Shown: positions 10,223 to 19,750 of the stretch, piece by piece
Numbering within the stretch: the first letter of the stretch is position 1
Layout: each line of letters starts with the position of its first letter
Origin: an uncultured delta proteobacterium
GTDB lineage: Bacteria > Myxococcota_A > Polyangia > Palsa-1104
DNA: 64,000 nucleotides
Direction: 5' to 3'
Assembly (NCBI GenBank): GCA_963785725.1
Contig: CAWAWS010000003.1
Coordinates: 352,001 to 416,000, forward strand
Position numbers and translations under genes: made by a program
Notes under the pieces: model-generated
The model's input: only the letters and a program-made list of their open reading frames with translations
Database searches by the model: none
What the model was told of the DNA's origin: nothing

Positions 10223-11704
10223 GTGAAACCATCGACGAAGCGACCCAACATCCTCATCCTTTGGGGCGACGACATTGGCTATTGGAACATCAGCTACAAC
10301 AATCGCGGAATGATGGGATATCGCACGCCCAACATCGATCGTTTAGGCGAAGAGGGCGTTACGTTTACCGACTATTATGGTCAACAGAGCTGCACCGCGG
10401 GGCGTGCGGCCTTCATCACCGGACAGAACCCGCTGCGCACCGGGCTGACGAAAGTCGGAATGCCGGGCGCCGATGTGGGACTGCAGCCGGAGGACGCGAC
10501 CATCGCCGAGCTGCTCAAGCCACTCGGCTATCGCACGGGGCAGTTCGGCAAGAATCATCTCGGCGATCGTGACGAGTTTTTGCCGACGAATCACGGCTTC
10601 GACGAGTTCTACGGCAACCTCTATCACCTGAACGCCGAGGAAGAGCCGGAGAACCCGGACTATCCGAAGGATCCGGCGTTCCGCAAGAAGTTCGGTCCGC
10701 GCGGCGTCCTGCATTGCCTGGCGGATGGGACCATCAAAGACACGGGCCCGCTGACGAAGAAGCGAATGGAGACCATCGATGACGAGGTCACCGATCGCAC
10801 GCTCGCGTTCATCGATAAGGCGAACAAGGACAATGTACCGTTCTTCATTTGGTGGAACTCGACGCACATGCACTTTCGCACGCACGTCAAGAAGTCGGTG
10901 GAAGGCAAGAGTGGCCAGGGCTTTTATAACGACGCCATGGTCGAGCATGACGAGTACATCGGGAAGATTCTGGGAAAGCTCGACGCGCTGGGCATCGCCG
11001 ACGACACCATTATCCTCTACTCGACCGACAACGGGCCGCACTTCAATACCTGGCCGGATGCCGGAATAACGCCCTTCCGCAGCGAGAAGAACACCAACTG
11101 GGAAGGGGCGTTCCGCGTGCCCGCCTTCGTGCGCTGGCCGGGAAAGATTCCGGCGGCGAAGGTGCTCAATGGCATCTTTTCGCATCAGGATTGGCTGCCC
11201 ACGATCCTGGCCGCGGCCGGCGTGCCCGACATCAAGGAGCGGCTGCTGCATGGCCACGACGCGGGCGAGCACCACTTTCAGGTGCATCTCGACGGCTACA
11301 ATATGCTGCCGTATTTGCTCGGCGAGGCGACAGAGAGCCCGCGCAAGGAGCTGTTCTACGTCGACGACGACGGCCAGCTGGTCGCGGTGCGCTACCAGGA
11401 CTGGAAGGTCGTCTTCTTGGAGCAGCGGGCCAAGACGATGGCGCTATGGGCGGAGCCGTTCGTGCCGCTGCGCGTTCCCAAGATCTTCAACCTGCGCCGC
11501 GATCCATTCGAGCGCGCGGACGAGAACTCCAACACCTACTGGGACTGGCTCCTCGATCACGCGTTCATCCTCGTGCCGATCCAGGCGTACGTGAAGGAGC
11601 TGATGGAGACGCTGAAGACGTTTCCGCCGCGGCAAAGGCCGGCCGCGTTCAACCTCGATCGCGTCATGGAGGAGCTCACCATCGGAGGCGTCAGCTCGCA
11701 CTGA
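10223..11704 (+). CDS. arylsulfatase (formylglycine-dependent)
   Basis: PNILILWGDDIG, CTAGR signature, GKNHLG, STDNG; GGAGG SD before GTG. Confidence 0.95.
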   Translation: MKPSTKRPNILILWGDDIGYWNISYNNRGMMGYRTPNIDRLGEEGVTFTDYYGQQSCTAGRAAFITGQNPLRTGLTKVGMPGADVGLQPEDATIAELLKPLGYRTGQFGKNHLGDRDEFLPTNHGFDEFYGNLYHLNAEEEPENPDYPKDPAFRKKFGPRGVLHCLADGTIKDTGPLTKKRMETIDDEVTDRTLAFIDKANKDNVPFFIWWNSTHMHFRTHVKKSVEGKSGQGFYNDAMVEHDEYIGKILGKLDALGIADDTIILYSTDNGPHFNTWPDAGITPFRSEKNTNWEGAFRVPAFVRWPGKIPAAKVLNGIFSHQDWLPTILAAAGVPDIKERLLHGHDAGEHHFQVHLDGYNMLPYLLGEATESPRKELFYVDDDGQLVAVRYQDWKVVFLEQRAKTMALWAEPFVPLRVPKIFNLRRDPFERADENSNTYWDWLLDHAFILVPIQAYVKELMETLKTFPPRQRPAAFNLDRVMEELTIGGVSSH

Positions 11705-11716
11705 GGCTTCGGCCGG

Positions 11717-12343
11717 TCAGCTCGCGCGAAGCCCTCGACGCGGGCGCCGGGAAGCGCGGGCGCGCTCGGGCCACGCCGCCATCGCCAGCCGCGCCACCTT
11801 GCGCAGCTCGACGCGCGTGGCGCCGTCGGTGGCTTGAACGGCCATCCCCTGCAGCACCGCCCAAAAGTATTGCGCGAGCTCGGCGGGACTGGCATCGCCG
11901 GCGAGCTCGCCGGCCCGCTGTGCCGTCTCCAGTCGTTTTCGCAAGGTGGTGACGAGCGAGGTGCGCACCTTCGAGAGCTCGACGCGGACCGACTCGGCCT
12001 CGGCGCTGACGCCGAGCGCGCCGTTCAAGAGTAGGCAGCCGAGCGGCCGGTTGGGCAGCGCCGGCGCCTCGGCGTAAAAGCTCAGCAGCTCCTCGACGGT
12101 GGCGCGCGCAGTGGGCAGCGCGAACGCCGCCGCGACGCGCGCCGTCGGGCCGGAGCCGTAGCGCGCCAACGCCCGACGGAACAGCGCCTCTTTATTGCCG
12201 AACGTCGCATAGAGGCTGGGACGGTTGATGCCCATCGAGACGGTCAAGTCATTGAGAGAGGTGCCTTCGTAGCCGTGACGCCAGAACAGCGTCATCGCGC
12301 GATCGAGGGCCACGTTCTCGTCGAAGTTGCGCGGTCGGGGCAT
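11717..12343 (-). CDS. TetR/AcrR-family regulator (ComR/NemR-like)
   Basis: MPRPRNFD..LFWRHGYEGTS..SLYATFGNKEALF HTH; GCLL motif. Confidence 0.95.
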   Translation of the reverse strand: MPRPRNFDENVALDRAMTLFWRHGYEGTSLNDLTVSMGINRPSLYATFGNKEALFRRALARYGSGPTARVAAAFALPTARATVEELLSFYAEAPALPNRPLGCLLLNGALGVSAEAESVRVELSKVRTSLVTTLRKRLETAQRAGELAGDASPAELAQYFWAVLQGMAVQATDGATRVELRKVARLAMAAWPERARASRRPRRGLRAS

Positions 12344-12356
12344 GGACAGAACGTAA

Positions 12357-12430
12357 TATACCAAATGGTATAAATCAACATTGACAAAGGCTCGACCGTA
12401 GTCGATATACATTTCTTACCTTTTGGTATA
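12357..12430. promoter_or_regulatory. two TetR-type operators in the divergent tetR/adh intergenic region
   Basis: TATACC-AAAT-GGTATA (12357-12372) and CTTACC-TTTT-GGTATA (12415-12430) flank TTGACA at 12381. Confidence 0.75.
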
Positions 12431-12485
12431 AAACGCATCGACGAAGCTGGGGCGCCCGACGGCCGACCCGCTTCAAGGAGCCCGA

Positions 12486-13496
12486 ATGAACACTTACCGA
12501 GTCATGCAGGTGCCGCGCGTCGGCGTCTTGGAGCTGGCGGAGAGGCCGCTCGTCGATCCGGCGCCGGGTGACGTGCGCATTCGCGTGGAGGCGTGCGGCG
12601 TGTGCCACACGGACGCGCTGAGCGTGCAGTACGGGCAGTCGTTTCCGCGCGTGCCCGGACACGAGGTCATCGGTCGTATCGAGGCGGTCGGCGCCGGCAC
12701 GTCGACCTGGCGCGTCGGGCAGCGCGTCGGCGTCGGGTATCTCGGCGGCCATTGTGGCGTCTGTCGGGAATGCCGCGGCGGTCACTTCGTCCACTGCCTG
12801 GCGCAGCCGCAGACCGGCAGCAGCGTCGACGGTGGCTACGCCGAGGTCATGTACGCGCGGCAGTCGGGCCTCGTCGCCGTTCCCGAAGGGCTGGACGCGG
12901 CGGAGGCGGCGCCGCTCTTGTGCGCCGGGCTGACCACGTTCAACGCGCTCCGCAATGCCGGCATTCGCGCCGGCGAGACCGTGGCCATACAGGGGCTGGG
13001 CGGCCTCGGACATCTGGCCGTGCAGTACGCGCGGCGCATGGGCTTGCGCGTGGTGGCCGTGGCGCGCGGCGCCGACAAGGGCGAGCTCGCCCGCGAGCTT
13101 GGCGCGCATCATTACATCGACAGCGATGCCGTGAACGCGGCCGCGGCGCTGACCGAGCTCGGCGGCGCGCGCCTGATTCTGTCGACGGTGGCGAGCGCCA
13201 AAGCGATGTCGGCGCTGTTCGCAGGGCTGGCGCCGCGCGGGCAGCTGATCGCGCTCGGTGCGGACGTCGCGCCGCTGGAGCTGTCGTTGCCGGCGCTGTT
13301 GTTCGGCGGGCGCAGCGTGTCGGGCGCGCTGACCGGCACGGCGCTTGACGCCGAGGAGACGCTTGCCTTCAGCGAGCTCTCGGGCATCCGCGCGCGAATC
13401 GAGACGATGCCGCTCGAACGCGCCGCCGACGCCTACGGCAAGATGATGCGCAACGAAGCCCGCTTCCGCATGGTGCTGCGAGCGACGCGGGCGTAA
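12486..13496 (+). CDS. zinc-dependent alcohol dehydrogenase
   Basis: CGVCHTD, PGHE, four-Cys structural Zn site, GLGGLG. Confidence 0.95.
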   Translation: MNTYRVMQVPRVGVLELAERPLVDPAPGDVRIRVEACGVCHTDALSVQYGQSFPRVPGHEVIGRIEAVGAGTSTWRVGQRVGVGYLGGHCGVCRECRGGHFVHCLAQPQTGSSVDGGYAEVMYARQSGLVAVPEGLDAAEAAPLLCAGLTTFNALRNAGIRAGETVAIQGLGGLGHLAVQYARRMGLRVVAVARGADKGELARELGAHHYIDSDAVNAAAALTELGGARLILSTVASAKAMSALFAGLAPRGQLIALGADVAPLELSLPALLFGGRSVSGALTGTALDAEETLAFSELSGIRARIETMPLERAADAYGKMMRNEARFRMVLRATRA

Positions 13497-13520
13497 GCGA
13501 TCGTCGCGAAGCCAGGCGAG

Positions 13521-15227
13521 CTACGCGCACCGGCGGCGGCGAACGAGCAGCAGCAACGCGACGGCGAAGACGAGCAGCCCCGACGGCGCCGGGGAGCCGC
13601 CGCCGTAGCTGCAGCCGTGCGCGACGACGATGCCGCCGCCGCCACTTCCGCCGCCGCTGCTTCCGCCGCCGCCGCTGTTGCCACTGCCGCCGCCACTTCC
13701 GCCGCCGCCGCTGCTGCCGCTTCCGCCGCCGCCGCCGAGGTCGGGCGCGCCGGCGTCGGGAATGACGCCGCCGTCGTCGACGCTCATGTCCGTGATCGGC
13801 GGCGTCGGGCAGGTGAGCGTGCCGTCGTCGTTGCTGATGTCGCCGTTGCAGGGCAAGGCCAGGCTCGGCCCCAAGTTGGCGCTGCCGTCGATCATCGTGC
13901 ACGACTGGCAGGTGAGCGCGCAGCCTTTACCGCGCATGTCGGCGACGCAGTTGGTGCAGCTGTTGGAATAGCTGCCGCTCGGCAACGTGCAGGTGTTGGT
14001 CGGCGAGCCCGGCGGCGGCGCCGTCTGCAAGAGCCTGCCGTTGGGCGTGCCCCAGCCGGTGGGGCCGTCGAAGCCCGGCAGCGCGTTGCACGCGTAGCTC
14101 GGGCTACAGCTGCCGTTGCCGACGTTGCTGCCCGCGGTGATGTCGTAGAAGTTGACCGAGTTGCCCCACACCCACGCGGGCGAGAACTTGCCGTTGGCGA
14201 TGCCGATCGCGGTCATGGCGCCTGCGGTGAACGGCGCGGCGACGCTGGTGCCGCCGAAGACGGCCCAGCCGTTGGGGCCGGTCGTGCCGTAGATGGCGAC
14301 GCCGGTGCCGGGATCGGCGACGGCCGAGACGTCGCCCGACATGCGCGTCGCGCAGCCGGGATCGGTCTGCCACGCCGGCTTCTGCATGACGGTGGAGCAG
14401 CCGCTGCCCGTGCCCGACCACGCGACCTCGGCCCAGCCGCGGCCGTTCGACGCCTTCTGCAGCGTCGTGCCGCCGACGGCGAGCGTGCCTTGGCAGACCG
14501 TGGGCAACCAATCGACGGTGCCGGGATAGCCGCTGTCGCCGAGCGCCGACGTGATGAGCACGCCGCCGGGCGCGTTGAAGCCGCTCGACTGGCACCAGGA
14601 TGCGTTGTCGGTGGGATCGGTGGACCAGTCGATGCTGAAGCTGAACGCGACCGCGCCTTTGGCGATGACCGTCTGCAACATGACGTCGGCGTCGGCGCCT
14701 TCGATGAGCATGATCTTGCACGAGGGACAGGCGGCGCTCGCCATTTCGATGTCGAGCGTCTGCTCGGTCTCGTCGCTGCCGGCGGCGGGATAGGCGGTGC
14801 CGCCGTGCTCGTCGATCTTCATGAAGCAGCCGTTGGCGGTGGTGCAAGCCGGCAGGCCGTACTGCGCGCGATAGACGCCGAGGTCACTCTCGGCGGTCGG
14901 CAGATCGCTGTTGCCGCCGAAGATGGCGACGATCTGGCCCGCGCCCGGACCGCCGCTCGTCGGCAGCCCGTAAGCCGCCTCCAAATCGGCGGGGCCGTAA
15001 CCGCCGACGGGCTGCGACAGCGAATGGATGGGAACGCCGGCGGCGTCGGTGACGATCTTGACGTCGCAGCGGCGGCCGCCGTTCTCGCGCGGGCACAGGT
15101 CCTTGTAAGTCACGGCGGGCGCGGTCGCTTGCGCGCTTTGGGCGACGACGGCGGCGCTGCTCGGACGAGTGGTGGCGGCGTCACAGCCGGCGGCAAGGAG
15201 GAGCGCGAGTCCGAGAACGTTTCGCAT
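13521..15227 (-). CDS. S53 (sedolisin-like) peptidase with CVNH-like domain and MYXO-CTERM tail
   Basis: Lipobox LAAGC; EQTLD, GDSG and GGTSVAAP catalytic motifs; C-terminal GC-x-hydrophobic-RRRR. Confidence 0.85.
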   Translation of the reverse strand: MRNVLGLALLLAAGCDAATTRPSSAAVVAQSAQATAPAVTYKDLCPRENGGRRCDVKIVTDAAGVPIHSLSQPVGGYGPADLEAAYGLPTSGGPGAGQIVAIFGGNSDLPTAESDLGVYRAQYGLPACTTANGCFMKIDEHGGTAYPAAGSDETEQTLDIEMASAACPSCKIMLIEGADADVMLQTVIAKGAVAFSFSIDWSTDPTDNASWCQSSGFNAPGGVLITSALGDSGYPGTVDWLPTVCQGTLAVGGTTLQKASNGRGWAEVAWSGTGSGCSTVMQKPAWQTDPGCATRMSGDVSAVADPGTGVAIYGTTGPNGWAVFGGTSVAAPFTAGAMTAIGIANGKFSPAWVWGNSVNFYDITAGSNVGNGSCSPSYACNALPGFDGPTGWGTPNGRLLQTAPPPGSPTNTCTLPSGSYSNSCTNCVADMRGKGCALTCQSCTMIDGSANLGPSLALPCNGDISNDDGTLTCPTPPITDMSVDDGGVIPDAGAPDLGGGGGSGSSGGGGSGGGSGNSGGGGSSGGGSGGGGIVVAHGCSYGGGSPAPSGLLVFAVALLLLVRRRRCA

Positions 15228-15981
15228 GGAGATCGGCAATCCTTCACGACAGGTGCCAGCGCGGGCGCGAGTCATTCTGGTTAGGTAGACGGGAAGGAGC
15301 GGAGAGCTTGGGCACCGCTTGTCTCGAAGGCGCGACACTGGTGGGCTGCAGTCTCGCACGAAGCCGCGTCGCGGAAGAGTCGCGCCTTGGCGCTATCGCC
15401 GTGTGGGTCCGTGAATGCGGGCGCGCAGAAGATGCGACAGCGTCGGCGCCGCCGGCGCGAACGGGCGCGCGGCGCGGCAGCTTCCGGCGTGGCCGTCGCG
15501 CGCCGAGCGACGCGCGGCTGCGAATGCGCGTGCGACGCGATGACGAACGCGCGCACGGGACGTCTTGCGGCCCTCAATGCGCCGAAGCTGACGAGCTCAG
15601 CGAGCTATACCTCGACGCGACGGATTTGTCCGTCGGGCCAGCTTTCTCGGCAGTCCGGAAGACACGAAGAGCTGTCCGTTGTGCGGATCCAAAGACGAGA
15701 CTGCATCGCACCTTCCGAATGCGATGAGCGGCCCGATTTAAGGCCATCAATCGACTCGAGCCAACTCATCGCGGAGATCGAGCACCTCTTACGAATATTG
15801 CGGTCTCCCGATCGGCTCAGGTCGCGACAGGAACGTAGGCTTCCGCGCGTACGAGCAATCGCCGCAGCCGCCGACGCTTCGAGACCAAGCGAGCACTCGA
15901 GCGCTGCGCGCGAATACACATTGCGCGGAATGACGGGCCCTCGGATGTGGCACTCGGTTGACTTTCGAGGCTTCGGTTAGC

Positions 15982-15997
15982 CGGCATACGCATTGCT
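15982..15997 (+). promoter_or_regulatory. putative sigma54 promoter
   Basis: CGGCATACGCATTGCT (GG-N10-GC) 27 bp before ATG 16024. Confidence 0.5.
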
Positions 15998-16023
15998 CGT
16001 GCGTTGGGCTTCGAGGTGCTCGC

Positions 16024-19000
16024 ATGACGCTCGTTCGCGCGCTCGCCCAGCCCGCTCTCCTCCCGCTCGCTTTCGCACCGCTCGTCCTCGCCGCGTGCAA
16101 CGACGCCACACCCGCCGCGCCGACGGTGAACGCGCTCATCACGGCGCCGCTCATTCCCATCAACGTGGGCAACGCGCTCACGCTGCCGGCGCAGCGACAC
16201 CTCGTGCGCATCGGCGCCACGATGCTGCTCGCGCTGCAGCAGGACGGCGCCGACGGTCACATGCTGGGCATGTTCCGCTCCGACGACGACGGCGTCAGCT
16301 TCCAGCGCATCGGCGGAATCCAGGACACGACCGTCGATCGCGACGAGGCCGACATGGTCGTCGTCGGCCAGGATATCGCGCTGGTCTACTCCTACGAAGG
16401 GCCGGACCTCGTCGGCTCGACGGCGCATGACGTCTACTTCCAATGGTGGCGCAACACCAGCGGCACGTGGGCGCCGTCGCCGCCGATCAAGATCTTCGAC
16501 TCCACGTCGAGCAGCAACGGCTTCTACCGCGCCGAGCTGACCATCGACTCGCTCGGCCGCTATTGGGTGCACAGCTTTTACCTCGAGAGCGACGGCAGCG
16601 CGACCGCCTACGTCGCCGTGTCGTCCGACGGCGGCGCCACCTTCGCGCAGCAGCCGACGCTGGCGCACCTGCCCTATCGCGGCGGCGGACGCATGCTCAG
16701 CGTCGGCACGCGCATCGTCTTCGTCTACGACGGCCATGACGACGGCACCAACCCCTCGTACGTGCGCACCCGCAACGACGCCGACCCGCTCACGGTCTGG
16801 AGCGCCCAGCAGGTGCTCTTCCCCGAAGGCATCTACCACGGCGCCGCCTGCAGCGCCGTCGCCGACGGCCACGGCGGCATGCACCTCGTCTACAAGGACA
16901 AGAACCAGTACCTCTGGTATCGCTACTTCGACGGCAGCAATTTCGGCAGCGCCCAGCTCGTCGAGGACGTCGGCGACTGGGAGCTGCAGCCGGCGGTGAC
17001 GCGCGTCGGCGACAATCTCGCCATCTTCTACAACCGCGTCCTCACCACCAACACCAACGACGAAGTGCGCGTGCGCGTCCTGCACGCGGGCGCGCTCGGT
17101 GCGCCGACGGTGCTCGACTCGACGGGCGGCTTCAAGGGCTATCCGGCGGCAATCGACGTGCTGCCGGCGACCGCGACCGACGTCCACTGCTTCTTCGGTG
17201 ACACGCCCGACGCCAACAGCGGCGGAGAGGCGACGCTGTACACCATCTCGTGGACGCCGGCTTCGCCGCCGCCGCCCGCCGACATGGCCGCGGCGCCGCC
17301 GGCCAATCTCGCCGGCGGCGGTGGCGCGCCGAGCCAGCTCTTCTCCGACAGCTTCGCGCGCAGCATCGCGCCCAACGGCGGCCTCGGCGCCAACTGGACC
17401 GTCGCCGCCGGCGACTGGTACGTCGACGGCCGCGCCGACAGCGACCTCGACGGCTCCAACCTCGTCGCCGAGAACGTCGCCTCCTGCCGCGACTGCACCG
17501 CCCAAGCCAGCGTCATCACCTTCGGCACCGAAGGCGGCGTCTACTTGCGCGCCCCCGCCACCACCTCCAGCGACCGCTACGACTTCGTCCTCGTGTCCAA
17601 CGGCCACCTGCAGCTGCGCCGCGTGCGCTCCGGCGTCGTCACCGTCCTCGCCGACGCGCCCAGCGGCCTCAGCGCGCTCGACGTCGCCGCCACGCTCACG
17701 CTCTCGGCGACCGGCGCCGGTCCCGTCGCGCTCACCGGCAGCCTCAACGGCGTCGTCGCGCTCACCGTCAGCGACAGCTCCGCCGCCGCGCTCGTCTCCG
17801 CCGGCTGGGCCGGCTTGTGGACCACCAACGCCGGCGTTCCCTTCGACAACTTCTCGCTGTCGTCGCTCGGCGGCGGTGGCGGCGGCGCGCCCGCCGACAT
17901 GGCGCGCGCCTCCGATCTATCGACGGCGCCGCCGCTCGACCTCGCCCACGCCGCGCCGCCCGACCTGACGACGCCGCCGCTCGATCTCGCCCACGCCGCG
18001 CCGCCCGATCTGACGACGGCACCGGTCGATCTCGCGCACGCGGCGCCGCCCGATATGACGACGACGCCGGCCGATCTCGGCGGCGGCGCCGTGCCGAGCC
18101 AGCTCTTCTCCGACAGCTTCGCGCGCAGCATCGCGCCCAACGGCGGCCTCGGCGCCAACTGGACCGTCGCCGCCGGCGACTGGTACGTCGACGGCCGCGC
18201 CGACAGCGACCTCGACGGCTCCAACCTCGTCGCCGAGAACGTCGCCCCCTGCCGCGACTGCACCGCCCAAGCCAGCGTCATCACCTTCGGCACCGAAGGC
18301 GGCGTCTACTTGCGCGCCCCCGCCACCACCTCCAGCGACCGTTACGACTTCGTCCTCGTGTCCAACGGCCACCTGCAGCTGCGCCGCGTGCGCTCCAGCG
18401 TCGTCACCGTGCTCGCCGACGCGCCCAGCGGCCTCAGCGCGCTCGACGTCGCCGCCACCCTCACGCTCTCGGCGACCGGCGCCGGTCCCGTCGCGCTCAC
18501 CGGCAGCCTCAACGGCGTCGTCGCCCTCACCGTCAGCGACAGCTCCGCCGCCGCGCTCGTCTCCGCCGGCTGGGCCGGCTTGTGGACCACCAACGCCGGC
18601 GTTCCCTTCGACAACTTCTCGCTCGTCGGCATCCTCGCGAACAGCGGCACCGGCGGTGGCGGCGGCACCGGCGGTGGCGGTGGCGGCGGCGGCGGTGGCG
18701 GCGGCAGCTTCGCCGTGCAGGTCACGTATACCGACACCGCGCACGTGCTGCAGGCCGTCGATCCCTCGGGCACCGCCTACGCGACCGCGCTCGCCGACGC
18801 CTCGGGAACCCACGTCCTCGCCTCGACCGACGGCCGCGCCTGGACCGCTCGCGGCGTCCACTCCGCCGGCGAGATCGATCTCATGACCGCGACCGCGAAC
18901 GGCACGCTCCTCGCCATCAGCCGCGAAGGCAGCGGCAACGTCATCGCGCGCTCGACCGATCATGGCGCCACCTGGAGCGACGTCCTTGCGCTCGGCGTCT

Positions 19001-19725
19001 ATCGCGGGCTGACGCCGCACAGCTTCGCCGAGCTCGACGGCACCGTCTACTTCGTCGAATACCAAACCTTCACCGAGGACGCGACGCCCATTCGCCTGTG
19101 GGCCTCCACCGACGGCGGCGCCACCTGGTCCGTGCGCTTCACCTTTCAGGGCCATCGCCACGGCCACGGCCTGTGCGCCGACGGCAACGCGCACGTCCTC
19201 TGGGCCTACTTCGGCGACACCGACCCGCAGAGCGGCATCTTCCGCTCGGCGGACGGCGGCAACAGCTGGCAATTCATGCTCGGCAACCAGGACGGCGACG
19301 TCGTCGACGCGACGCCGCTGCCCGGCGGCGGCCTGCTCTTCGGCCAAGACATCTCGTACCTGCCGACGACACCGGCGGTGGCGAGCCTCGACGCGACCGG
19401 CACCTACACGATCCTCGCGCCCCTCATCGGACCGAGCTACTCCATCCACGCGCTGGCCGCGGGCGGCTTCGTCGTCGGCAGCGCGCGCGAAAACGGCGGC
19501 GACATCTACCCGCCGGGCGAGGTGAGCGCGCACCTCTACGGCTCGTCCGACGGCGTCAGCTGGACCAAGCTGCTCGACTATCCGTGGCTCGATCCCAACG
19601 CCGACTACGTGCGCGCCGACGTCTATTGGGAGCTTCCGGCGACGCACGAGCTCGTGCTCACGCTCTACAACGCGGCCGGCTTTGGCCCCAACGGCGAGGG
19701 CTACCAGCTCTTGCGCCGTCAATAG
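16024..19725 (+). CDS. large lipoprotein: BNR propeller, two lectin-like beta-sandwiches, second BNR propeller
   Basis: Lipobox LAAC; Asp-boxes (SSDGGATF, STDHGATW, STDGGATW, SADGGNSW); duplicated FSDSF...FDNFS domain. Confidence 0.85.
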   Translation: MTLVRALAQPALLPLAFAPLVLAACNDATPAAPTVNALITAPLIPINVGNALTLPAQRHLVRIGATMLLALQQDGADGHMLGMFRSDDDGVSFQRIGGIQDTTVDRDEADMVVVGQDIALVYSYEGPDLVGSTAHDVYFQWWRNTSGTWAPSPPIKIFDSTSSSNGFYRAELTIDSLGRYWVHSFYLESDGSATAYVAVSSDGGATFAQQPTLAHLPYRGGGRMLSVGTRIVFVYDGHDDGTNPSYVRTRNDADPLTVWSAQQVLFPEGIYHGAACSAVADGHGGMHLVYKDKNQYLWYRYFDGSNFGSAQLVEDVGDWELQPAVTRVGDNLAIFYNRVLTTNTNDEVRVRVLHAGALGAPTVLDSTGGFKGYPAAIDVLPATATDVHCFFGDTPDANSGGEATLYTISWTPASPPPPADMAAAPPANLAGGGGAPSQLFSDSFARSIAPNGGLGANWTVAAGDWYVDGRADSDLDGSNLVAENVASCRDCTAQASVITFGTEGGVYLRAPATTSSDRYDFVLVSNGHLQLRRVRSGVVTVLADAPSGLSALDVAATLTLSATGAGPVALTGSLNGVVALTVSDSSAAALVSAGWAGLWTTNAGVPFDNFSLSSLGGGGGGAPADMARASDLSTAPPLDLAHAAPPDLTTPPLDLAHAAPPDLTTAPVDLAHAAPPDMTTTPADLGGGAVPSQLFSDSFARSIAPNGGLGANWTVAAGDWYVDGRADSDLDGSNLVAENVAPCRDCTAQASVITFGTEGGVYLRAPATTSSDRYDFVLVSNGHLQLRRVRSSVVTVLADAPSGLSALDVAATLTLSATGAGPVALTGSLNGVVALTVSDSSAAALVSAGWAGLWTTNAGVPFDNFSLVGILANSGTGGGGGTGGGGGGGGGGGGSFAVQVTYTDTAHVLQAVDPSGTAYATALADASGTHVLASTDGRAWTARGVHSAGEIDLMTATANGTLLAISREGSGNVIARSTDHGATWSDVLALGVYRGLTPHSFAELDGTVYFVEYQTFTEDATPIRLWASTDGGATWSVRFTFQGHRHGHGLCADGNAHVLWAYFGDTDPQSGIFRSADGGNSWQFMLGNQDGDVVDATPLPGGGLLFGQDISYLPTTPAVASLDATGTYTILAPLIGPSYSIHALAAGGFVVGSARENGGDIYPPGEVSAHLYGSSDGVSWTKLLDYPWLDPNADYVRADVYWELPATHELVLTLYNAAGFGPNGEGYQLLRRQ
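17328..18623 (+). repeat. 531-bp intragenic direct repeat (17328-17858 and 18093-18623) separated by ~45-bp tandem repeats
   Basis: Direct comparison shows about 6 substitutions; the spacer encodes (P)xDLAHAAPPD(L/M)TT x3. Confidence 0.95.
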
Positions 19726-19750
19726 CCGTCGCGCTGCAGGATCGGCGGAA

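Noticed and set aside
15308..15980. ORFs 15308..15727, 15387..15980 and 15605..15919
   Set aside because: No recognisable motifs, atypical codon usage, mutually overlapping; treated as intergenic.
17929..18063. ~45-bp tandem repeats considered as a possible CRISPR array
   Set aside because: In-frame coding repeats without unique spacers; no cas genes in the window.
17328..18623. Near-identical pair considered as DGR template/variable repeat
   Set aside because: Differences are not adenine-specific, both copies lie within one ORF, and no RT is present.
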